The notes: generated from the letters alone by a model not told the origin. 15,040 nt of DNA from Octopus sinensis (GCF_006345805.1 NW_021825559.1:1-15040); one strand, 5' to 3'; positions 1-8,157 are shown, numbered from the stretch's first letter. Numbers and translations are program-made.

Positions 1-6
1 CATATA

Positions 7-157
7 TACGACGGGTTTCCGTTTCCGTCTACTAAAATCCATTTGCAAGACTTTGATTGGCTCGAGGCTATTGTAGAAGACATGCTTACGGTGTCACGCA
101 ATGGACTGAACCCGGATAGGAAGCAAAGACCTTACTATACTGCCAAGCCTGCGCCTA
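7..157 (-). mobile_element. SINE family A, head fragment (tRNA-like head plus CORE-like segment)
   Basis: The reverse complement starts GGCGCAGGCTTGGCAGTATAGTAAG and aligns with the family A heads at 545, 10327-10447, 12011 and 12591 (shared GTAGAAGAC, GACTGAACC and TTTCCGTCTAC). Confidence 0.8.
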
Positions 158-255
158 TCACATTTAACACACATGCACACACACATATATATATGTGTGT
201 GTGTATACATACATAAATATATATATATACACACATACATACATATATATAGAGA

Positions 256-480
256 GTAAGGCGCAATGCCTAGTGGTTAGGGCAGCGGACTCGCGGTCGC
301 AGATAGCGGTTTCGATTCTCAGACCGTTGCTTGTGTGTGTTTATTGAGCGAAACACCTAAAGCTCTACGAGGCTCCGGCAGGTGTGTGATCCCTGCTTTA
401 CTCTTTATACCACAAATGGCGGTGCCAGCATTGCCACAGCTCAAGAGCTGAAACGGAAAAACAAAAAACAAAAAAAACAG
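256..480 (+). mobile_element. SINE family B copy 1, with a family-A-like 3' tail
   Basis: tRNA-like head with A-box TAGTGGTTAGG (271-281) and B-box GGTTTCGATTC (308-318). The body matches 1149-1310 and 6301-6495(-). It ends in GGCGGTGCCAGCATTGCC-CAGCTCAAGAGCTG followed by an A-rich tail. A low-complexity TATATAGA at 246-253 and 481-488 could be a TSD. Confidence 0.85.
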
Positions 481-544
481 TATATAGACGTAATAGCATT
501 GTATGTACACACACACATGCAACACGTATATATGTGTACCTATT

Positions 545-734
545 GAGTGGGGGGGTAAGTACTTTCTTACCAAGACTTTGGCAGTGTCTTCTACCTATAG
601 CCTCGGTCGACTAAGCCTTGAGTTGATTTGGAGGACTGAAACTGAAAGAAGCCTATCGTTTATGTTATATATATATATATATATATATGTTGTGTGGTGT
701 GTATATATATATATATATATTATATATATATATG

Positions 735-791
<57 letters not shown>

Positions 792-1005
792 GTGTGTGTG
801 TGTATGTATGTGTGTGTGTGTGTTTGTTTGTCCCTCCACCATGACTTGACAATCGATGTTTGTGTATTTATGTTCCCGTAATCTAGCGGTTCGGCAAAAG
901 TGACCGATAGAATAAATACTAGTCTTACAAAGAATGAGTCCTGGCGTCGATTTGTTCGACTATAGACGGTGCTCCAGCATGGCAGCAGTCGAATGACTGA
1001 AACCA
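545..1005 (+). mobile_element. SINE family A, near full-length, with internal (TA)n(TG)n tract
   Basis: Degraded head (545-660), microsatellite (666-830), then the tail module GCGGTTCGGCAAAAG...GATAGAATAA...GTCGA-N5-TCGAC...GGTGCTCCAGCATGGC...CAGTCGAATGACTGAAAC, which is homologous to 3278-3460, 10052-10230(-) and 12740-12951. Confidence 0.85.
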
Positions 1006-1041
1006 AAGCATATATATGTATAAGTACAAGAAGAGTTTCTA

Positions 1042-1053
1042 TACACACACACA

Positions 1054-1102
<49 letters not shown>

Positions 1103-1125
1103 ACACACTCACTCACACACACACA
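1042..1125. repeat. (CA)n microsatellite
   Basis: Near-perfect CA run with a few CT interruptions. Confidence 0.95.
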
Positions 1126-1148
1126 GGTACATGAAGTATGTTATATGA

Positions 1149-1533
1149 GTTGAGGCCCAATGGCCTAGTGGTTAATCCCAGCGGATTTACGGTCGTAGGA
1201 TCGCGGTTTCGATTCCCAGACCGGGCGTTGTGAGTGTTTAATGAGCAAAAGGACCTGAAGCTCCACGAGGCTCCGGCAGGGAGATGGTGGCGAACCCTAC
1301 TGTACTCTTTCACCACAACTTTCTCTCACTCTTTCTTCCTGTTTCTGTTGTACTCGTATTTCAAATGACCACCATTGTCACACTCTGTCATGCTGGATCT
1401 CCCTGAGAGCTACATTAAGGGTACACGTGTCTGTGGAGTGCTCAACCACTTGCACGTTAATTTCACGAGCAGGGTGTTCTGCTGATCGGATCAACTTGAA
1501 ACCACGTCGTCGCAATCGACGGAGTGCCACACA
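1149..1533 (+). mobile_element. SINE family B copy 2, long form (about 385 bp)
   Basis: A-box TGGCCTAGTGG and B-box GGTTTCGATTCC. The body is shared with copies 1 and 3, followed by a distinct tail ending GACGGAGTGCCAC. Possible decayed TSD: TTATATGA (1141-1148) and TTATATTA (1534-1541). Confidence 0.85.
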
Positions 1534-2002
1534 TTATATTACTTAGACTCTGCCCTCGTATACACAAACACCGCATTGATAGTACAGGTTATGTACAACA
1601 CATGTAGATGTAAAATATTTGCATTGAAACGTTTTTATAGAGCGTAATGGGTTGGATAAGTGACTTTAGATGTAGCATCTTGCAGCTAGCTAAACCTGTC
1701 CTTAGTTACATCACTTATGTAGATTTCTCATATATCTTATTTAGACTACCACATTGCAAGTGTGCTTTTGACCTACATCTGCCCTCGCCACTATCAATCA
1801 CAATGTTATGGCATTTCTTCCACCAGTTTAAATAAACTCACTTCCATCATATAACCGAAACACACCTATTCATCGCTTACTCACTCAGTATCTGGTCCTG
1901 TCTCATTCTGTATTTTGTCTGAAGAACTTCCATTTATATCTCCTCAAAGACATTTGCATCTCCTCAAAGACATACATCATATCTAATGACTCAATCGGCA
2001 TT

Positions 2003-2245
2003 TTCTTTTATCTTCTGTCTTTTACTTGTTCCAGTCATTGGACTGCAGCCACGGCGAGGTGGGGGTGAGGCGGAGGAGGGGGCACAACATTGACGGGTTT
2101 TTGTCGAAGAAATCGTCCCTCACCAATCTTTTTTTTTCCCTTTTAAGCATGGTACTTATTCTATCAGACACTTTTGCCGAACCACTCTCAGGGAGGTAAG
2201 GAAACCAACAGCGGTTGTCAAGCATTTGTTGGGAACGAAAACAAA
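2003..2245 (-). mobile_element. SINE family A tail module, diverged
   Basis: TTTTACTTGTTCCAGTCATTGGACTGCAGCC, GGTACTTATTCTATC, CTTTTGCCGAACC and CGGTTGTCAAGC are collinear with the reverse complement of the other A tails. Confidence 0.75.
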
Positions 2246-2444
2246 CACGGAGATAAACACACTTCGTATATTTATAAATATACAGTAGAAGCAGGTTGAA
2301 TACATACAAATATCATACATACATATATACATACCATATATATATATAATATATATATATACTCATGCTTATATTTTTGTTGTTACGTTTCATGATGTCC
2401 TGTGACACATATGCCTAAATATATACTTAAGATGTAGTTTACAC

Positions 2445-2493
2445 TATACATATGTATATATGTATATATGCATATATATATATATATAGATAG

Positions 2494-2553
<60 letters not shown>
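2445..2553. repeat. (TA)n microsatellite
   Basis: Degenerate TA run. Confidence 0.95.
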
Positions 2554-3075
2554 GATTGAACGCCACGCATCCTCTTCCAAGTAGCGTTTATCTTAATAAT
2601 TCTGATGCGCACTCTATACGATCTTTTTACTATTTCGTTTTCTCTCTTTTATTCTTTTATTCTATCCTATTACCTAGTCAATCTCTCTCCCTCACTCCTC
2701 CTCCCTTGCTCATGTGGCTCCCACGTGACCAACGGCCATCTTTCTTTCTTTCTCTCCGTTGTAGCTGGAACAAGGAAGACGTGTTCTTTTTTGTCTCCTG
2801 TTCTAGCTTCATTTACGCGTTCGCCACCACAACCTCGTTTAGACTTAGCAGCCCTTCCTGTTTGTTTTCACTGTCTTGTTTGTGTTACCTATTTTGACCT
2901 TCCGGAAAATCCAAAATTTTATTTAATTCTCTTTGCGGGAGCAAATGTTTTACCGAAAGCGTATATTGTTGTTAAATGCTCGAATTACGAGACTAGAAAA
3001 ACAGCCAACAACTGATGAAGGTTGTTCTTTAAAATGTTTGTTTTTTTCCATTTGTGCCTTATAAATAATAAATAA

Positions 3076-3087
3076 ATATATATATAT

Positions 3088-3119
<32 letters not shown>

Positions 3120-3188
3120 ATATATGTGTGTGTGTGCGTGCGTGTGTGTGTGTGTGTGGGTGTGGGTGTGTGTGTGTGTGTGTGTGTG
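3076..3188. repeat. (TA)n(TG)n compound microsatellite
   Basis: Has the same TA-then-TG order as the tract inside family A elements, and an A tail follows at 3278. Confidence 0.9.
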
Positions 3189-3277
3189 AGTTTTACAAGA
3201 AGGATGACAGTGACTTCGAAGCTTCGACCTGCAAGTCATGCTCTGCCGTACCTTCAAAGTCAGTGCCAATCCCTCTT

Positions 3278-3460
3278 CTTGTACAACCGATGCTGGTGTG
3301 TTTACGTCCCCGTAACATAGCGGTTCGGCAAAAGAGACCGATAGAATAAGTACTGGGCTTACAAAGAATAAGTCCCGAGGTCGATTTGCTCGACTAAAGG
3401 CGGTGCTCCAGCATGGCTGCAGTCAAATGTCTGAAACAAGTAAAAGAGTAAAAAAAAAAG
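3278..3460 (+). mobile_element. SINE family A tail module, well preserved
   Basis: CAACCGATGCTGGTGTGTTTACGTCCCCGTAAC...GGCGGTGCTCCAGCATGGCTGCAGTCAAATGTCTGAAACAAGTAAAAGAG followed by an A-tail. Confidence 0.9.
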
Positions 3461-3843
3461 AGAAGAAAATAGAGGGATCGTGCGAGGAAAATAAAAGGAT
3501 GTAGAAAAGAAAAACAAGGACCATAATGCGTCAATGGGAACGTTTTCAAGTTTCAATAATGGGTGAGACGTGTCTTTTGTAAAAATATAAGGAGTAGGAT
3601 ATGGTTAAGAGTCAATTAATTCTGTCAGACAGGTGCGCGCAGCAAGTGCTGTAGGGTGATTGGTGAGATGGCAGAGGATAGGTTTCCGGGTGATATAGGT
3701 GGTTGTGGTGGTGATAGGGGTACTATAGATGGTAAAGGAAAAGCGGCGGCAACACGAGCAAAACAACCAATCATGGAGCTAATAGAGCGTTCGTGTGTCT
3801 ACGCCTTCCTTTAGTTTGATTGTGGTGTGTATCGATGAAATAC

Positions 3844-3966
3844 TGTGTGTGTGTGTGTGTGTGTGTTGTGGGAACGTTTGTTTGTGTGTATGTTGTACGA
3901 TTGTACGGGCGTGTGTATGTTTTCGAGTGTGTGTCTGTGTTTACGCAAATACGACTGCATGCATGT

Positions 3967-4009
<43 letters not shown>

Positions 4010-4290
4010 AATATGACTGTGTGTGTATGTGTGTGTGAGTACAATTGTGTGTCAATGTATGTGTGAGTATGCAAAAGACGGAGAGAGAGGCGGGGAGACA
4101 ATAGAATACCCGTGAGTGTCTATATCTACCTTCAGAATAATTAGTGTTGTGTATCGATGGAACAGTATGTATGCGTGTACTTGTGTGTTTGAGCATGATT
4201 GTGTGTGTATGCGTGTGCATGTGTGTGTGTGTGTTTTGTGTGTATGCATGTGTGTGTGTGAGTGAGTGCGCCTGTGTGTTTGTATTTGTG
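3844..4290. repeat. TG-rich degenerate microsatellite region
   Basis: Several TG runs separated by degenerate spacers. These account for the CV/HT-repeat ORFs. Confidence 0.9.
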
Positions 4291-4565
4291 AATGTCTGCG
4301 GTTAACATTTTATTGTAGATGGTAAGGTATGATTCGCTGGAGATTTGGCTGCAAATTCCACCCTAACGAACGAACCGCCAAGTTACCGGAATGTAAAAAA
4401 AAAAAATAATTATAATCAACACCGTTTGTTAAGTGGTGAGGAACAAACACAAGCACAACATTTCGAAGACTTCTCTTGTCCATGCTGTGTTGGTCGTGAT
4501 CTTAAAAATAATACCTATTAAACTGAGTTACTATGCGTTTTGATAAGTATATCATGTATGAATGT

Positions 4566-4680
4566 TTCTTTCTTCTCTAGTCACAAGGCCCGAAATATCG
4601 GGGGAGGAATGGCAGTCGATTAGATCGACGCCAGTACGCAACTGGTACTTAATTTATCGAACGCGAAAGAATGAAAGCAA
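4566..4680 (-). mobile_element. SINE family C, 5'-truncated copy
   Basis: The reverse complement TTGCTTTCATTCTTTCGCGTTCGATAAATTAAGTACCAGTTGCGTACTGGCGTCGATCTAATCGAC matches 13585-13652. The 3' tail differs from that copy. Confidence 0.85.
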
Positions 4681-4805
4681 GGGATTGCAATGGGGATAGA
4701 ATTGCATTGGGGATAGAATTGCAATGGGAAAAACAGGATTTCAATGGGGTAGAAAGTAAGGACTGCAGAAACAGTACCTGGGGCCCCAAGAAAAATACCA
4801 CGTAC

Positions 4806-4877
4806 CTTTTTTCCATGTTAAAGTATAGGCATCCTTACTGAGGGATCGTTGTTGCATCTGTTCGGCTTTTGAATATC
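4806..4877 (-). CDS. Candidate internal exon (72 nt, phase 1-1) of an unidentified gene
   Basis: Acceptor TTTATTTGCATCTTTCAG|G and donor AAG|GTACGT. Only one of three frames is open: (G)YSKAEQMQQRSLSKDAYTLTWKK. No homology recognised. Confidence 0.4.
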
Positions 4878-5491
4878 CTGAAAGATGCAAATAAATGAAT
4901 TCTATATAAATGTATATGTATGTCCAAATATACATATACATTTATATATATGTGTAATAATTTTAAATTTGGGTATACACCTTCTAGAATGCCATTTCTT
5001 GTGTAGAGGAGTAGCGAACTACAACTACCAAAATGTATTCTAAGCGAAATAGGCGAAACGGAGATTAAAAAACAAGGTACCTTTTCATAAGTCATCTGAC
5101 GAGACATCTCTGATCTGTACCTAAGATGCACCACATTTCTTTTACAGCTTCTCACCCGCAAGGCACAGGCGAAATGATCGTAGTGCATAATAAAGAGTCT
5201 CGTGAATTCCATTTTCATTCTCTAGTTATATATTTATATGCGTAAGCTCAAACTCTAAACAATGTGGTATAAAATGAATCATTTTAAATAACTCAATGTA
5301 GCTCTTTGCCTTCCTGGATTGCTTCTAATTAAATTTAAGTTTTTAAAAATTATTGAGGTGAGAATACATGACTTGAGATGTTTATGTAATTTCCCTTGAA
5401 TTTATCAACTTAAAATGCTGCCACAGCCAGGAATCGAAACTTAGTGTCAAAGTTTATTGATGTAACTTTACCGTCTTTTCCCATCTTCCAG

Positions 5492-5563
5492 CATATACCA
5501 TATTAGTGAATTATTAAATTATTTACTTTATTTGCGGGCTTCGTTAATGTTCGTGCAACCAAG
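5492..5563 (+). CDS. Candidate internal exon (72 nt, phase 2-2), competing plus-strand model
   Basis: Acceptor CTTTACCGTCTTTTCCCATCTTCCAG|C and donor AAG|GTATTT. Only one frame is open: IYHISELLNYLLYLRASLMFVQP. Confidence 0.3.
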
Positions 5564-5638
5564 GTATTTTTCGGTTAAGTAGAGAAGATTTGCTAAGCTC
5601 CAGGGATATGAGATCCTGTCTTTATACGTTAGTTTCAC

Positions 5639-5728
5639 CTTTTCTGACCGGGGTTAACCAAATGATCTATAACAACTAGAGAACCCAACCCACTAAAGTA
5701 CTTGACAGTGTCACATACATTGGAGTGT
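5639..5728 (-). CDS. Candidate internal exon (90 nt, phase 2-2)
   Basis: Acceptor TTTCTTGTTTTATACCGAAATTTTTAG|A and donor AAG|GTGAAA. Only one frame is open: HSNVCDTVKYFSGLGSLVVIDHLVNPGQK. Confidence 0.27.
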
Positions 5729-6003
5729 CTAAAAATTTCGGTATAAAACAAGAAAATAAAAGACAAAACCAAATGCAAATACATGCGTGTAAGGAGTTGC
5801 TGAGTGGGGTGTGATAGCGAAGGAGGCGGTGTGTTTGCGTTTGTTATTTGAGTTGGTAGTAGCGAAGGCAGTGGTTGTGATTGTGGTTGATCTTAGTCGG
5901 TGTTGTTTGGAGTTGATGGCGACGTTTCCTCTTGATTTTTGCAACGCTCATTGACTGAAGCTTGTATTAACAGTGATAGTATGATGGCTGGTTACTGTTG
6001 TTG

Positions 6004-6495
6004 TCTTCTTCTTCTTCCAATCAGGACTTACGCCATTAGCCACAAAGAATAATCTCTAATTCGAGCCTACTCTAAGCTACTAAAAATGCGTGTGGCAACT
6101 TGAAGACCCACCCACCACACGTGATAGACTTACGGTTGCACGGGCGCGAAAGCTACTTTGTTATCCTCATTCCGTAAACGCTGGTTTGTAACGGGTGGAG
6201 AGCTGAACCATCCTGGGGTACAGAGGACTCGAAATCTAGACTAGGTTTTGAAAGTTTACCACACCATAGTAGTTACACCATGGTTCCTCTGATTTGTGGC
6301 TGAAGTAGGAAAAAAGAGTGAGAGAAAGTTGTGGTAGAAGAGTACAGAGGAGTTCACCCCCAAACCCTGCCGGAGCCTCGTGGAGCTTAGGTGTTTCTGC
6401 TCAATAAACATTCACAATTCCCGATCTGGGAATCGAAACCGCGTTGTTACGACTGCGAGTCCGCTGCCCTAACCACTGGGCCATTGCGCCTCCAC
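6004..6495 (-). mobile_element. SINE family B copy 3, TSD-flanked, with a unique tail of about 300 bp ending in (GAA)n
   Basis: Head GTGGAGGCGCAATGGCCCAGTGGTTAGGG...GGTTTCGATTCC. Matches copy 2 down to about 6301. A perfect 10-bp direct repeat ACTGTTGTTG lies at 5994-6003 and 6496-6505. Confidence 0.85.
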
Positions 6496-6847
6496 ACTGT
6501 TGTTGACATAATTTGTGTGCAGAAAGTAATATTTACTGTTCTACATGGTGGAGTTGTAATGTTACCCTGATGTTGGATATGTTATTGGTAGTGATACCTA
6601 TGGTAGTGGTGGTTGTGGTATTGTTGGTGATTGGGTGATCAGTTAAAATATATATGTAGTGATAGAATATAATTGTATAGAAATGAGAAATATTCATTAG
6701 CAGCAACGGTAATAGGCGCTGGGCTGTTCATCAATGTTGAAGTCCGTGACAAGATTGCAAGATACATGTGAATATCTCCGTTGCAGTAACTGCTGCCAGG
6801 GCACCATATGTTTATATTCCATAGTATAGTATTTGAAATAGTTTATC

Positions 6848-6848
<1 letters not shown>

Positions 6849-6926
<78 letters not shown>
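6849..6926. repeat. (ATT)26 microsatellite
   Basis: Perfect ATT run. Confidence 0.97.
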
Positions 6927-6935
6927 GCATGTAAT

Positions 6936-7706
6936 ATGGTAGTGGAATACTTATTTCGGGATGCGGATGACTACGGTGATTTTGCTGCTAATGTTGAAGA
7001 TCATGGTAACGACAATGACAGAGGTGGTGGAAGAGGTGGACACGGCAACGAAGACGACGATGATAATCATGATGATAATAATGCTGATAATATTGATGAT
7101 AACAATGATAATGTTGTTGATAAAGAAAATCATGACGACGGCGACGATGACCAGGACGTTGACGACAACCTTGACGAGGACTTTGACGAGAACGTTGACG
7201 AGAACGTTGACGAGGACGTTGACGACAACGCTGACGACAAAGTTGACGAGAACGTTGACGAGAACGTTGACGAGAACGTTGACGAGAACGTAGACGAGGA
7301 CGTTGACGACAACGCTGACGACAAAGTTGACGAGGACGTTGACGAGAACGTTGACGAGGACGTTGACGAGAACGTTCACGAGAACGTTGACGAGGACGTT
7401 GACGACAACGCTGACGACAAAGTTGACGAGGACGTTGACGACAACGCTGACGACAAAGTTGACGAGGACGTTGACGAAAACGTTGACGAGGACGTTGACG
7501 AGAACGTTGACGAGGACGTTGACGACAACGCTGACGACAACGTTGACGGCGACGTTGACTACAAAGTTGACAACGTTGATTACAACGCTGACTACGACGA
7601 GGACGATGACTACGACGATTATAATGAAGTTAATGGCGAACATGAAGACGATGAATACCGCCATTACTACTACGACGATAATGATGATCATAAATTGTCG
7701 TTATGA
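6936..7706 (+). CDS. 256-codon Asp/Asn/Glu/Val-rich low-complexity ORF; coding status doubtful
   Basis: Uninterrupted ATG-to-TGA frame. However, it is built of triplet-like repeats, has no signal peptide, and the antisense and shifted frames are also open, which is typical of stop-free repeats. Confidence 0.2.
   Translation: MVVEYLFRDADDYGDFAANVEDHGNDNDRGGGRGGHGNEDDDDNHDDNNADNIDDNNDNVVDKENHDDGDDDQDVDDNLDEDFDENVDENVDEDVDDNADDKVDENVDENVDENVDENVDEDVDDNADDKVDEDVDENVDEDVDENVHENVDEDVDDNADDKVDEDVDDNADDKVDEDVDENVDEDVDENVDEDVDDNADDNVDGDVDYKVDNVDYNADYDEDDDYDDYNEVNGEHEDDEYRHYYYDDNDDHKLSL
7149..7568. repeat. 12-bp minisatellite, 35 units, consensus GAC-GA(G/C)-(A/G)AC-GTT, with a recurring 36-bp higher-order cassette
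   Basis: Units read DENV, DEDV, DDNA or DDKV. The DEDV-DDNA-DDKV cassette occurs at units 6-8, 13-15, 21-23 and 24-26, with a variant at 31-33. Confidence 0.95.
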
Positions 7707-8089
7707 CTTCTAATGGTTACATTTGACAGAGATGAAACAAGTGGTGGTGGGGAAGCGTTAGGTTAGCGCAAAGTAGGTACCTAAGGTTTCCTACCGGAGG
7801 TGATACTCTCTTTATCTCTCTTTCTTTCTCTCCCCACCTTTTCTCTCATGCTCCCTGTCTCTCTCTAATTACCCCTAATCTTCACCTTTACCGACCCTAT
7901 ACAACCAGGCCCGACCGATATCTCCATATATATACATATATATTTACCTCAGAATGGTACACAGGAACAGCTGTAAACTCACTCTTACACTCACCTTGCT
8001 TAGCTAATTAAATAATAGCTAATTAAATAATGGCTTTTTAGCACCGAAGACACACTTCTCATTTTTGTTTTTCGTCCATATCCTTGTCG

Positions 8090-8091
<2 letters not shown>

Positions 8092-8157
<66 letters not shown>

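Noticed and set aside
260-330. tRNA genes at the family B heads (also 1154 and 6490-)
   Set aside because: A and B boxes are present, but the acceptor stem does not close and each continues into a shared SINE body.
2556-3030. Possible further interspersed repeat ending in CTGATGAAGG (hammerhead/Penelope-like start)
   Set aside because: It is single-copy in this window and no stem II or GAAA strand follows, so it cannot be supported here. The overlapping ORFs are pyrimidine-rich and not protein-like.
503-4249. Many ORFs of YI, CV and HT repeats (also at 8019-10807 and 12100-13239)
   Set aside because: They are translations of TA, TG, CA and GATA microsatellites, which lack stop codons in some frames.
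5097-5120. CTGACGA hammerhead core
   Set aside because: No downstream stem-GAAA element.
4835-5218. 127-aa ORF as a single-exon gene
   Set aside because: No recognisable domain, and its 3' part runs through TA-rich intron-like sequence. Only a part was retained as a candidate exon.
7149-7568. CRISPR-like array
   Set aside because: The units are contiguous with no unique spacers, the context is eukaryotic and there are no cas genes.
7865-7910. Degenerate TAACCC-like (telomeric) motifs
   Set aside because: No intact hexamer periodicity.
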